A stretch of DNA of 64,000 nt from Malacoraja senta (taxonomy: Eukaryota), in the NCBI GenBank assembly GCA_038087875.1, contig CM075989.1, positions 2,170,001-2,234,000 on the forward strand. Reading direction: 5' to 3'. Of the stretch, positions 37,226 through 49,880 are shown one piece after another (positions within the stretch are counted from its first letter, which is position 1; every line of letters starts with the position of its first letter). The notes under the pieces are model-generated. The model was not told the DNA's origin and searched no databases. It saw only the letters and a program-made list of their open reading frames with translations. A program made the position numbers and the translations under genes.

Positions 37226-37527
37226 AGACACATGGTGCAATGCGCAGGGAAACAGGCCCTTCGACCCTGCTCGTACATGCTGACCAAGATGCCCCATCTA
37301 AGGTTCTGCCCATGAAGAAACCAATCAGATTTAAAAGGAACAGAATTTTAGACAGACATGTTGAATTCATTCAGTCTACATTATGGCTTGAAAAACAAGA
37401 AGAGAGACTGCAGTTGAAAACTGTGCAAGTGTAAGGTGGGCAGTCTCCACTTTGCAGGGGCCCAAATCCCACCAAGGTATTTAGTTTAGTTTAACATATT
37501 GTCTCGTGTACCAAGGTACAGTGAAAA

Positions 37528-37955
37528 TAGACATTAGACAATAGGTGCAGGAGTAGGCCATTCAGCCCTTCGAGCCAGCACCGCCATTCAATGTGATCAT
37601 GGCTGATCATCCCCAATCAGTACCCCGTTCCTGCATTCCCCCAATATCCCTTGATTCCCCTATTTTTAAGAGCCCTATCTAGCGCAGAGGGAGAACAAGG
37701 AGGGAAGAGACGGAGACTAAGACTTTGCCTCCATCACAGTGAGGATGTGCTTGGTGAACTCACTGTGGTGGATGTTTAATTTGTGTTTATTGTATGTTTT
37801 GTTATTGTTGGTTCTGTGTATGACTGCAGGCATCACAATTTCGTTCAGACCGAAAGGTCTGAATGACAATAAAGGAAATCTAATCTAATCTAGCTCTCTC
37901 TTGAAAGCATCCAGAGAACCTGCCACCACCGCCCTCTGAGGCAGAGAATTCCACA
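37528..37955. mobile_element. CR1 3' end (minus) interrupted by a Rex1-like 3' end (37683-37890, plus)
   Basis: CR1 ...gagccctatctag resumes as ctagctctctcttgaaagc after the (ctaat)n tail. Confidence 0.75.
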
Positions 37956-38069
37956 AAAAGCTTTTGTTACGTGCTAACAAGTCGTAAAAGAGGAATCATG
38001 TTTGCAATGGAGCCATTCACAGTGTACAAATACATGATAAGGGAATAATGTTTAGTGCAAGATAAAGTC

Positions 38070-39015
38070 AGTGTGAAGAAGGGTCTCGACCCGAAACACC
38101 ACCCATTCCTTCTCTCTAGAGATGCTGCCTGTCCCGCTGAGTTACTCCAGCATTTTGTGTCTACCTTCGAGTTAAACCAGCATCTTCAGTTCTTTCCTAC
38201 ACTTAAAGCCAGTAAAGTTTGATCAAGGATAGTCTGAGGGTCACCAATGAGGTAGGCAGTAGTTCAGGACTGTTCTCCAGTTGTTGGTAGGATGCCTGAT
38301 AACTGCTAGGAAGAAACTGTTCCTGGAGCCCATCCTACATTGTACACACCTCATTTAATCCCCTATTACAGCTCAACTAAAAGCTGGACTTTGACCCCCC
38401 CCCCCCCCCCCCCACCCCCTGCCCCACCCCAACCAAGAATGTCCAAATATTAACCTTAATAACCTCAAGAATAGTTCCGCAAAACTTAACACCATTTCCT
38501 CCATGTTTCCTTCCATTGTTTAATTCCCAAGGTGTCTAGTCCCAAGAAACAACTCCGATCCCATTTGACCATTTTCATCCATCCCTCCCTCTTATCTCTG
38601 CTCCCAACTAAATCCATCGCATGGATGGATCCACCTGACGCAGGGTCTTGATCCAAAACGTCACCCATTCCTTTTCTCTCGAGATGCTGCCTGATTTGCT
38701 GAGTTACTCCAGTTGAGTTTCCCCACCTGTATAACGTGTTATCACCCAGCCCACAGCCAACATGGACAGTCGTGAGATAAGCCTTTCCTTGATCATCGCT
38801 ACTTTTTGCATAGCTTTCATTCATTTGTTCTATATCTCTGTATATCACCGTCTATATCTCTCATTTCCTTTTCCCCTGACTCTCAGTGTGAAGAAGGGTC
38901 GCGACCCGAAACTTCACCTATCCCTTTACTCCAGAGACGCTGCCTGATCTAGTGAGTTACTCCAGCTTTTCGTGTCTATCTTCGGTTTAAACCAGCATCC
39001 GCAGTTCCTTCCGAC
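38070..39015 (+). repeat. Three Penelope pLTR-derived repeats (38070-38202, 38635-38712, 38725-39015)
   Basis: gaagaagggtctcgacccgaaac and gatgctgcctg..gctgagttactccag motifs; the hammerhead cores are mutated. Confidence 0.7.
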
Positions 39016-39834
39016 CCATCACATGAATTGCTTTGTGGGATGGAAACTCAATGCTCTTTAACTCTGCGATGAGTTTGTCCTCTCAGACTTTGTCTGCCAC
39101 ACACAATTCCAGGTTTAGGATCGCATATAAATAGAATCCGTCATTTCTATCGCTTTTCAGTCATTAAACAGAAGCAGAATTATCTTCGGCAGTGTTATGC
39201 GGAGGGCAGGCTGAACTGTGACACTGTGACAGTGCCGCCAATATTTCATGCTGTCACATTGATGCCAAAAGATCATGGAGGAGGCAAAGGAGCCATTACA
39301 GGGAGCGCAAAATGGACTTGGACTCAATGGTGGCAATTAAATCTAAATACCAGTCTCCGAACGTTGTCAATTAGGATGCCCCTTGCATCAACCACTTGAG
39401 CCACCCTTATATTTTACACAGTCAAGTATGTGCACTATTTAAATGTCAAAAGCAACATTTGGAGCAGCATAAGAATTTAAATCTAGCATAATAGCTGTGT
39501 GTCACCACAGGTCAGAGACTCCAGATGCAAGGAGGCCGAAATTATTGCAGACATCAGCTCACCCTTAACACTGAAGTAGGTTTCATTAATGAATCTCTGC
39601 CCCCATAATCATGCTGCCTGACCCGCTGAGTTACTCCAGCATTTTGTCTGTCTTCTGTTTAAACCAACATCTGCAGTTCCTTCCTACACATAGATTAATT
39701 GGTTATTGTTTTATAGTTATCTTGACAAACAGTGACACATTGTGTTTTGGTAAATCAGACCAAATGTGCGTATATCAGGTAGTGCAAAAGAGGAGAAAGT
39801 GTGCAGAATATAGTATTATATCCACAGAGGAACA

Positions 39835-40345
39835 TGTGTGTTGGCCCACTGAGTTCATGCTGCCCATTGATCACCTGTTCACACACGTTCTATGTTATCT
39901 CGCTTACTCATCCATTCCCTACACACTAGGGGGAATTTACAGAGGCCAATTAATCTACAAACCTGGTACATCTTTGGAATGTGGGAGGAAATCAGATCAC
40001 CTGGAGAAAACCCACATGGTCACAGGGAGAAACTTCACAAAGAACTCCACAGTGGCACATCATCAGAGTTGCTGCCTTACAGCTCCAGAGACCCGGGTTT
40101 GATCCTGACTACGGATGCTGTCTGTACAGAGTTTTTCTCCGGGTGCTCCGGTTTCCTCCCACACTCCAAAGATGTGCAGGTTTGGAAGTTAATAGGCTTC
40201 AATAAATTGTAAATTGTCTCTAGTGTGTAGGAAAATGCTATTTTACGGGGTGATCACTGGTCAGCATGGACTCGGGCCGAAGGGCCTGTTTCCATGCTGT
40301 ACCTCTGAAGTCTCAGTAAAAGTAAAGACAGCACCCGAGGTCAGG
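39835..40345. mobile_element. Nested V-SINEs (plus copy 40050-40312 inside a minus copy)
   Basis: The minus copy resumes at 40326 (gacagcacccgaggtcaggatc). Confidence 0.8.
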
Positions 40346-40366
40346 ATCAAAGTCGGCTCAATAGCC

Positions 40367-40676
40367 AATAGACAATAGACAATAGGTGCAGGAGTAGGCC
40401 ATTCAGCTCTTCAAGCCAGCACCGCCATTCAATGTGATCATGGCTGATCATCCCCAATCAGTACTCAGTTCGTGCCTTCTCCCCATATCCCCTGACTCCA
40501 CTATCTTCAAGAGCCCTATCTAGCTCCCTCTTGAAAGTATCCAGAGAACTGGCCTCAACTGTCCTTTGAAGCAAATTCCACAGACTCACAACTCTCTGTG
40601 TGGAAAAGTGTTTCCTCATCTCCGTTCTAAATGGCTTACCTCTTATTCTTAAACTGTGGCCCCTGGTTCTGGACTT
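40367..40676 (-). mobile_element. CR1 3' fragment
   Basis: ORF 40458-40730 (KSRTRGHSLRIRGKPFRTEMRK); (gacaata)n tail. Confidence 0.9.
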
Positions 40677-42887
40677 TACCTGTTGCATGTACCTGCAGGC
40701 TCTCAGGCGCTGAGGCAGCAGTTGTACCACGATGCAGCATGGAAGGGATTGGGGGCATCACAATTTGTTATTTCAAGAGCAGAGCTTCTACTCCTTCCTC
40801 TATCCCCGCACCTGTGCACAACATTATAAATAAACTCCCCAGGGTCCAGAAAGAAAATAGAAGCAATATCACGGGGAGGAGAATAAGATCAGCTGTCAAG
40901 AGATAGCTTTTCACAGGTTATCAATCAATATCAGTTTAATTCGTCACTTGCACATAAAGTGCAAGTGAAATGAATTTGTCAGCAACGGTACAATGAAAAA
41001 CACACAAAAACACAATAAAAATAGGAGTAGAATTAGGCCATTCGGCCCATCGAGTCTACTCTGCAATTCAATCATGGCTGATCTCTGCCTCCTGATCTAA
41101 TTTTCCTGCCTTCACCCCATAACCCTCGACACCCGATCTAATCAAGAAGTTATAACATTTTGAGATACTTTATGAAGATGGAGATGGAGGGGAAAGATAA
41201 CTAATCGTGGAGCATGGGCTCCAGGCTTGAGAGAACATGGTCATCAATGGAGCAAAGGGGATATACGAGAGACAGGGTGGAGCAAGAGAAACAGAGAGCT
41301 TGACATGGCGGAGGTGGTTACAGAATGGAATGGCATCGATTGTCCAGTAAGGTATCCTGGACCAGAACCTCATGGTCGTACATTGTGTTAGAAACAACCC
41401 TTGCAGGGCACTTCAAGCTTTGTCTTTAACAGTGTAGAGCCATACTGCGCATGTCCAGAAGGGGCCGCTTTTGATGTTACAAAATGTTTTAAAAAATCAT
41501 TTTATACCCTTTCATCAAAGCGTTTGAATGACACAACTCCAAGAGCTGTCATTAATTCCAATCTTGTCCAAAGCAAATGTAATGATCTACAGGAGAATGG
41601 ACAGTAAATTGTAGTGGTGGGTGATGGCTTTATGTGAAGCAACCTTCTGATTCTGACTGAAATGAAAGCTTGTTATTGCCACTTTCATTTAAAAAGCAAA
41701 ACTAGGCATAATTAAGAGACGCTCTGGCCATGTAGCTCTGGAGTTTGCTTTCTTCCAACGTAGCAAATGTGATTATAGATAACGAGGTGATCACAATTAC
41801 CAATTGATCTTCCATGTTGGTGCTTCAGGCAACACAACCACAGTGTGTGAGGAGATGAGAGAGTTTTACTCTCCGCACAAGCTGGCAGCTCACTGATAGA
41901 AAGTCGTGTGGTACAGAGATGGGGTGTGAAGGGAATCTTGGGGAAGGATGGTGGTGGAGGAGAGGTGAGCAAGCTGAGAGATCAGAAGGACAGCGAGCGG
42001 GGACATTCTTAAAACTAGTACAAGGACAGGTCGGCACGGTGGCACACCAGCAGTGCCGGCGACACTGTAGGTGACGATTCGGGTCGAGACCCTTCTTCAG
42101 ACTGATCCACAGACTGGTGACTGTGGATGGATAGTGTTAGCATTCATTGGTACATGATGTCCATGACTGACCTTTCAACTACACAGATGCTCACTCTGCC
42201 ATTCCAAGTGGAATGATTTAAAAAAATGATTTAAACAGTTCAAACAGGGAAGAAAATTCATTGAACCTGACTTCCGGCACAGTACAAACCTGAATGGAAA
42301 CGTGGCTAAAATAAAAAACCATGTTCTTGCATTGTGGAAGTTAATGTGCAAAGTTACTGATCAAACCTGCTCCTCATCATGTGTCCAGTTTGCAATAGAA
42401 GTTATATTGAAGAGTTCAACTCAGCAATTTTGAGATTGCTGCTGCCATCACCCTTCTCACCACCCCTGACGAAAGATGTGCAGGACCGATAAAAAGCATA
42501 ATTGGTCTGCTCCACATACGCCTGATAGAAAGAGATGATACCAATCACCAATCTTATTGTGAAGAATTCCAAGGTAGCAAACTACACTCCAATCATGAAG
42601 GAATGATCATGTTCTCTGAAGATGAGATGCCATCTACTTTGGTCATTGAATCAAGTAAAATGACAATAGCAATCTCCATTGTTTCATCAGTACTACCTGT
42701 TGATCTGAACTACTTCAGTTGACCATGTTTCAGCATGAGGCTGCAGAATCCAAGCAAGGAAATCATCCCTTAAATCGCAACAATGGACAATGGTGTCTTC
42801 TTCACGTTCCAAACCCCCAGCCCATTGCCCTGCACAGCAACGTTGCAACAACCCATAACTGAAGCCTTCCCCATTGTCATCACTCAC

Positions 42888-42990
42888 CCTTCATTCCATA
42901 CTTGGATCGGCGTCCATATTTGTTGAACATGATGAAGAGGATGAGCAGGAGGAAGCAGCCAAAGGCAGCCAGTCCAACAGCGATCGAGAC
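42888..42990 (-). CDS. NTRK3: Neurotrophin receptor tyrosine kinase (TrkC) transmembrane exon, 103 bp, phase 0 to phase 1
   Basis: Minus strand reads ctctgatgctctgtattgctccgcccacag|GTCTCGATC...ATGAAGG|gtgagt and translates to VSIAVGLAAFGCFLLLILFIMFNKYGRRSKYGMK(G). This closely matches TrkC as I recall it (VSIAVGLAAFACVLLVVLFVMINKYGRRSKFGMKG), with the same exon length and phase. Not present in the ORF track. Confidence 0.93.
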
Positions 42991-43414
42991 CTGTGGGCGG
43001 AGCAATACAGAGCATCAGAGACGTGTGCTTCTGGACTCCACACCATCATTAGGCAATCTGAAAAGTGCCTTTGATGAGAAGCTTTTTCCTTACCTCCTTT
43101 GAAGTATCAACCATCAAATATTCATGGAGCAAGATCTGATTAAAGCGACATTCCAATTAATCAGTAACGAGTTTGCTGCTATATTGGACTGGACTGAACT
43201 CCACTATGGGCCACAGTTCCCTAAGATGCACGACCCACTGCCTCTGGGATTCAGCCTTTGACGTCTGAAACTGGAGACCTGCTGGGGTAGCGATGTTGAG
43301 CCTTCTGTCCTCCAGCTGTAAGCCCAATGTTACACTGATGCGAGAGCCCAGGCTCGTTCAGAACTATCACAATTCCCTTTTAATGTCCCCAATCTTAACC
43401 CAAATCAAGGATTA

Positions 43415-43795
43415 GTTGCACCCTGGCCACTCCCTCTTCTCCCCTCTCCCATCCCGCAAAAGGTATAGAAGTGTGAAAACGCACACCTCCAGATTCAGGG
43501 ACAGTTGCTTCCCAGCTGATATCAGGCAACTGAACCATCCTACCAACAACTACAGAGCGGTCCTGAGCTACTATCTACCTCATTAGAGATCCTCGGACTA
43601 TCTTTGATTGGACTTTACTGGGCTTTATGTTCCACGAAACCTTATTCATGTTATTTCCTTTGTCCTGTATCTGTAGACTGTGGATGGATCGATTGTCATC
43701 ATGTATTGTCTTTCCGCGTGATTGGTTAGCACGCAACAAAAGCTTTTCACTGTAACTTGATACATGTGATGATCAACTAAACTCAAACTCAATTC
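43415..43795 (+). mobile_element. Rex1/Babar-like 3' fragment
   Basis: HPGHSLFSPLPSRKRYRSVKTHTSRFRDS.FP-like coding end plus 3' UTR. Confidence 0.7.
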
Positions 43796-44279
43796 AAACA
43801 TCTCTTAATATCAGAAATGTCTAAAATCTAGGAAGGAAGATGTTGGTAGCACTGAGTTCATGTTTTACTCCTGAGATCCAGCCCTACTTGTAATGGCCCT
43901 GCCTTTTGGAGAACCCATTGCATTGGATGCCCCAGAAGTGCGGTAATTTGTGCTGCCCCTAATACCTGCAGCAAACAAGGTTGAATCTGACTTTGCAAGA
44001 TGCTGGTGTGGAGTTTGCATGCTTGCCCCAGGACCGCATGGTTTCCCATGTGCTCCACACATGGAGTTGTGTTGATGGGTTAATGGGCCGAGAGGAATTA
44101 CCCTTAGGATAGTGGGCTGCAGGAAGTCTGGCAGGAGCTGATGGGCATGCCCCAGAGACTAGGTTACAGGAAATAAGAGGGTGAATGGATGGGTCACCCT
44201 GTAGGGAGTTAACACAGGGCTGGTGGACAGAATGGCAACCTTTTGAGTTGCAATACATTGTGTTACAACAGTAGGTTAG

Positions 44280-44590
44280 GGCGGCACAGAGGTGCAGCAG
44301 TAGAGATGCTGCCTTACAGGGACCTGGCGCCAGATACCCAGGTTCGATCCTGACCATATGTGCTATCTGTATGGGAGTTTGTATGTTCTCCCTATGAACT
44401 GCAAGGGTCTTCTCCCAGATCTTCGGATTCTTCCCACTCTCCAAAGACGTACAGGTTTGTAGGCTAATTGGCTTCTGTAAATTGTAAATCGTCCCTAGTG
44501 AGTGTAGGATAGTGTTAGTTTGCGGGGATCGCTGGTCGGCGCGGACTCAGTGGGCAGAAGGGCCTGTTGCTGTGCTATATCTCTAAACTA
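44280..44590 (+). mobile_element. V-SINE
   Basis: tRNA head (ggttcgatcc), V-domain and tail. Confidence 0.88.
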
Positions 44591-44714
44591 ATAAGTTTAG
44601 TTAGATTAGCTGAGAGCAGCTGTGAAACTGGAGAGGAAGCTGAGTGTATCTGTTGGGCTGGATCAAGCATGACCTGGTCAAATAGCCCCACAATGTGCCA
44701 GTACGTTGGAGCAC

Positions 44715-45075
44715 AGGAGGATGAGAGGTGATGTTGTAAACGTGGATACGATCATGAGGGGAATAGATAGGGGAGGTACACAAAGTATTTTACCCACAGT
44801 AGGGGAATCAAGAAACAGATGACAGAGGTTTAAGGTGAAAGGTTTAATAGTAAACTGAGGAGCAAACATTTTCACACAGAGGTGGGGGGAATGTGGAATA
44901 AGCTGGTACAGGAAGTAGTTGAGGCAGGTACTATAACAACAGGTAAAAGACACTTGGTTAGCTACATGGATGGGAACGGCTTAGATTGATATGGGACCAG
45001 TGTAGATGGGGTATCTTGGTCGGCATGGGCAGGTTGGCTCGAAGGCCCAGTTTCCGTGCTGTGTGACTGTGACTC
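44715..45075 (+). mobile_element. CR1 3' fragment
   Basis: CR1 ORF2 end and 3' UTR motifs. Confidence 0.75.
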
Positions 45076-45444
45076 GATGTAACCCTCCTGCTTGGTAAAT
45101 GCTCACCGCCTGTACCTCGGGGTGGCAGATACATCTGCAGTGCCTGCCATGGTAAGTACACACTCTCTGTACATATCAGACCATCATACATGGTCTCCAC
45201 ACCACGAGGCAAGATAGGTAGCCCAACATAATGAATGTGCATCATCTATAGTCCACAAAGCTCGATCCTCTTTCCTGCCCTAATATGTGAGCATGCATCT
45301 TGCAAAAGCTGCTTGTCTGCGAGAGGCACTTTGCCCTCCGGTGGTGCCCATGTACTGAGATGTGTGAACTCTATGTTGTGCTCACTGTGCCAGTGTCCAT
45401 CCAGAAGTTAAACAAAGGTGGACATTCAATACTACTCAGAGGTT

Positions 45445-45790
45445 GAGTTGAGTTTTGTTTATTGTCACGTGTACAGTGAAAAGCTTTTGTTGCGTGCTAA
45501 CCAGTCAGCGGAAAGACAATACGTGATTACAATCAAGCTGCCCACGGTGTACAGATACAGGATAAAGGGAATAAATGTTGCTATAGGATTAAAGATTTTA
45601 AAGATTGGAGTGTTTGCAGATCCACTTTTATGTTTCAGTTTAGTTTAATGTCACGTGTACCGAGGTACAGTGGAAAGATTTTGTTGCGTGCTAACCAGTC
45701 AGCGGAAAGACAATACATGATTACAACGAGCCGTTTATAGTGTATAGATACATGATAAAGGGAATAACGTTTAGTGCAAGGTAAAGCCAG
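45445..45790 (-). repeat. Two adjacent copies of a Rex1-like 3' UTR
   Basis: gttgcgtgctaaccagtcagcggaaagacaatac at about 45489 and about 45682. Confidence 0.7.
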
Positions 45791-46479
45791 GTGGAGCCAG
45801 CACGCTAGCACACAACGAGTCACCTGCGTTAAGCGCCATCTTGGGAGTGTGTAATTCACGACCATTCATACCCAATAATGCATTGTATCATCCAATAGGT
45901 TATTCAATCACCTGTACAATCAGTAGTTATTGTATAACTTGAACATTATTATGGAATGAACAGTGCACACTGTCAATAGCATCATGTTCAACTGTACAAC
46001 ATAACAGATAGTTTAAGCCAACAACCCTCTCTGCCAGCAGAGCTTGTGTGATAATGAAAATGATCCCCTATCTGCATCTGAAGCTGTGATAAAATCTTAG
46101 TCAGCCAAGAGCTTCCCTTGTTGTCAGCATCGTTGAGCGTGATTGCCTCAAAATGTTCGGAACCATTATTTCAGACAGTAATGCATGCCAATTGGAGCAC
46201 GGCATCCACAGTTCCCATTGTGCTGCTTCTCCTGCTGTAAGCAGTCAGTAAGTACTTTGTTTTCACAAGTACAGGCGTTAATCTCACAGCACAAGTGTCA
46301 TCACACAATGCGAGCTCTACAGTGCTTCCCCAAACTGGCCCCTGCCAGCTTATAGTAGAGGCTTGTCTGTACAAAGTGGAGAATATCCTTGCAATCACAA
46401 AGGAGTCTTAATGGATCTACCACTTGTCCTTGGCGATCACAAGAGGAATTTGGTGTCTTTGGGCTCAAGAATGGTAACA

Positions 46480-46780
46480 CGGTGGCTCAGCGCAACAGTT
46501 GCTGCCTTACAGCGCCAGAGACCCGCGTTCACTCCTGACTATGGGTGCTGTCTGTACGGAAGTTGTACATCCCCCCCTGACCTGCGTGGGATTTCTCTCT
46601 GATCTCCGGATTCCTCCCACACTCCAAAGATGCACGGGTTTGTCGGTTAATTGGTTAAGGGAAAATTGTAAATTGTCCCTAGTGTGTGTAGGATAATGTT
46701 AGTGTGCGGGGATCGCTGGTCGACACGGACTTGGTGGGCCGAAGGGCCTGTTTCCGCACTGTATCTCTAAACTAAACTAA
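46480..46780 (+). mobile_element. V-SINE
   Basis: Family motifs and (ctaaa)n tail. Confidence 0.88.
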
Positions 46781-46861
46781 AATTGCTCTGGAGAGACAAT
46801 TCGAATATTAAATATATATGGAACCATTCTGGACATGCCTGTTTGTGAATTAAATGATAAA

Positions 46862-47215
46862 AACATAGAACATACAGTAAAACAGAACAGCACAATAACA
46901 GGCCCTTCGGCCAATCATGTCCATGTTGAACATAATGCCAAGACCATCACTTATCTATCTGCACAAGAGCCATATCCCTCCATTCCCTACATATCCATAC
47001 AGCTCTCCGAAACACTCCTAAATACACTATAGTATTTGCCTCAACTACCAACCCTGGCTGTGTGTTCCAGGCACTCACAACCCTCTGTGTAAAAAGTTGC
47101 CCCACACATCTCCTTTACAACTTTCCCCCACACCTATGCCCTGTAGTATTTGATTTTTCCACCCTGGGAAAAAGGTTCTGACTGTCGACCTCATCTGTGC
47201 CTCCCAGAATTTTAT
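46862..47215 (-). mobile_element. CR1 3' fragment
   Basis: CR1 3' UTR and ORF2 end. Confidence 0.75.
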
Positions 47216-47359
47216 ATAGAAGGTAAATCTAATGCAAGACTTTGCAAACTTTGCACCTGGTTTCTATGAAAAGAAACAAAAAGTTTCACAACTATTAAAG
47301 ATTTGTTGCATAATAATAATTGGTAAAGGTTAAAAAATAGTTGAGGTGGCAGAGAGACG

Positions 47360-47915
47360 CAGCTGGGATAGCAGCTGCCTCACAGCACCAGAGACCACGG
47401 TTCGATCCTGACCTTGGGTGATGGCTAGTTTAGTTTTTAGTTTAGAGATACAGCGTGGGAACAGGCTCTTCGACACACTGAGACTGCGCCGGCCAGCGAT
47501 CCCCGCGCGCTAACACTATCTTGCACACAATAGAGACAATTTACACATGCACCAAGCCAATTAACCTACAAACCTGTACGTCTTTGGAGTGTGGGAGGAA
47601 ACCGAAGATCTCGGATAAAACTCACGCAGGTCACGGGGAGAACGTAAAACTCCGTACAGACAGCGCCCATGGTCAGGATCGAACCCGGGTCTCCGGAGCT
47701 GCAAGCGCTGTAAGGCAGCAACTCTACTGCTGCGCCAATGTGCTACCCATGTCGGTCTGGAGTTTGCTCGTTCTCCCTGTGACCATGAGGGATTTCTCCC
47801 ACATCCCCAAGGCCTGTGGGTTTGTAGGTTAATTAGCCTCTGAAAATTGTCCCCAGTGTGTAGGGAGTGGATGAAAAAGTGGGGTAACATAGAACTAGTG
47901 TGAGTGGGTGACTGT
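47360..47915. mobile_element. Nested V-SINEs (minus copy 47427-47748 inside a plus copy)
   Basis: Plus head at 47360-47425 resumes at about 47750. Confidence 0.8.
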
Positions 47916-47944
47916 GATTGTGAGGGCTGATTTTCTGTGATCTA

Positions 47945-49066
47945 TGGGGGAGATCTGTGTTGTTGCGGAGTGAGTCGATGGCAGTGCGTTCAGGGGGGGA
48001 GAGATTGGAGTGAGACAGGGGAGTGGAGAAGTTGAGGCAGTTGATGTCACGGCGGCAGTTTTTGATAAAGAGTTCTAAAGCCGGAAGGCCACGAGGGGGG
48101 TTCCACGAGGAGGGGGTGCGTTGGAGACGGGAAAAGGGGTCATCAGTGGGGGGGCGAGGACTCCTTACCATGGAAGTGCGCTGTGAGGCGGAGGCGATGG
48201 TAGAAGCGTTCCAAGTCATGGAGGGCGCGGAACTCATTGAGGTGGGGACGGAGGGGGACAAAGGTAAGACCTCTGCTGAGGACAGACCGTTCGATGTCGG
48301 AGAGGGGGAGGTCGGGGGGATGGTGAACACCCGGCGGGGATGGGGGTTGGGGCCGGAGGAAGGCAGGTGGGTGGAATGGGGATGAGGCAACGTGTGGTGG
48401 GGGGGTGGTGGGTGGTGGGGGGGTGGTGGGTGTTCAGGGGGTGGGGGGGGTGAGAGGGCTGTAGTGTGGGTGGGGAAGAGAAGGCAACCGCAAGAGATGC
48501 AACACTTGTCCCTTCACCTCCCCCCTCGACTCCATTCAAGGAACCAAGCAGTCGTTCCAGGTGCGACAGAGGTTCACCTGCATCTCCTCCAACCTCATCT
48601 ATTGCATCCATTGCTCTAGATGCCAGCTGATCTACATCGGTGAGACCAAGCGGAGGCTTGGCGATCGTTTCGCCGAACACCTCCGTTCGGTCCGCATTAA
48701 CCAACCTGATCTCCCTGTGGCTCAGCACTTCAACTCCCCCTCCCATTCCGTATCCGACCGAGACTCTGGTCCTGGGTCTCCTCCATGGCCAGAGCGAACA
48801 ACACCGGAAATTGGAGGAAATGCACCTCATATTCCGCTTGGGGAGTCTGCATCCTGGGGGCATGAACATTGAATTCTCCCAATTTTGCTAGCCCTTGCTG
48901 TCTCCTCCCCTTCCTCAGCCCTCCGGCTCCTCCTCCGCCTTTTCCCTTTCTTCTCCCCACCCCCCATCAGTCTGAAGAAGGGTTTCGGCCCGAAACGTTG
49001 CCTATTTCCTTCGCTCCATAAATGCTGCTGCACCCGCTGAGTTTCTCCAGCATTTTTGTGTACCTT
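47945..49066. mobile_element. Penelope-like element with inverted structure: N-terminal ORF fragment on minus (47945-48390), GIY-YIG plus pLTR on plus (48480-49066)
   Basis: Minus: ERSVLSRGLTFVP..FYHRLRL..SSWNPP..NLSPPERTAIDSLRNNTDL. Plus: ORF 48561-48872 (NLIYCIHCSRCQLIYIGETKRRLGDRFAEH). Confidence 0.88.
48972..48999 (+). ncRNA. Minimal type-I hammerhead ribozyme motif in Penelope pLTR
   Basis: CTGAAGA AGGGTTTCGGCCC GAAACGTT; core identical to 1373-1400. Confidence 0.75.
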
Positions 49067-49477
49067 CTTAAAAACTCTTTGATGAGATGATGTTTCGGGT
49101 CAGCATCCTTCTTTAGACTGAAGATAGACATGAAATGCTGGAGTAACTCAGTGTGACAGTCAGAAGAAGGGTCTCGACCCGTAACCACCACTGTGTTGTT
49201 CCAGCATTTTGTGTCTATCTTCGGAGTAAACCAGTTCCTTTTTACACACCACTGTTTAGACTGTTGTCTGACGAACCTTCAAACCAAATGTTTTTCTGGA
49301 TTTCTGCGAAGCATTTGGTCCATTACTATTTTGGTGGACTGTCTTCAAAGTGGCAAGCATGGAATAGAAGGACAGGTACAGAAGTGGATTGGCAATTGGC
49401 TGCTTTAAAGGAAATGAGGTGGTCATATGTTGACTTGCACATCAATCCCGGGGCCTGCCCATGCATGTTGCTTGTCA

Positions 49478-49880
49478 AGTTCACAAGTTCACAAGTTATC
49501 GGAGTAGAATTAGGCCATTCGGCCCATCGAGTCCACTCCGCCATTCAATCTTGTCTGATCTCTGCCTCCTAATCCCATTTTCCTGCCTCCTCATAATCCT
49601 TGACACCCGTTCTAATCAAGAATTTGTCTATCTCTGCTTTAAAAATATCCACTGACTTGGCCTCCACAGCCCTCTGTGGCAATGAGTTCCTCAGATTAAC
49701 TTCACTCTGGCTAAAGAAGTTCCTCCTCACCTTTTTAAAAAAGCGCCCTTTAATTCTGAGGTTATAACCTCCGCTCCTAGACTCCCCACCAGTGGAAACA
49801 TCCTTTCCACATCCACTTTATGCCTTTCATTATTCTGCGAATTTCAATGAGGTCCCCTTTCAACCTTCGGAACTCCAGCG
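49478..49880 (-). mobile_element. CR1 3' fragment with (CAAGTTCA)n tail
   Basis: CR1 3' hairpin aggccattcggccc and ORF2 end. Confidence 0.8.

Noticed and set aside
45107..45134. 28-nt AG/GT-flanked segment reading (D)VSATPRYR, superficially like TrkC EVSPTPP
   Set aside because: It ends in phase 2 while the TM exon needs phase 0, has a poor polypyrimidine tract, and lacks the HKPEEDTFG part.
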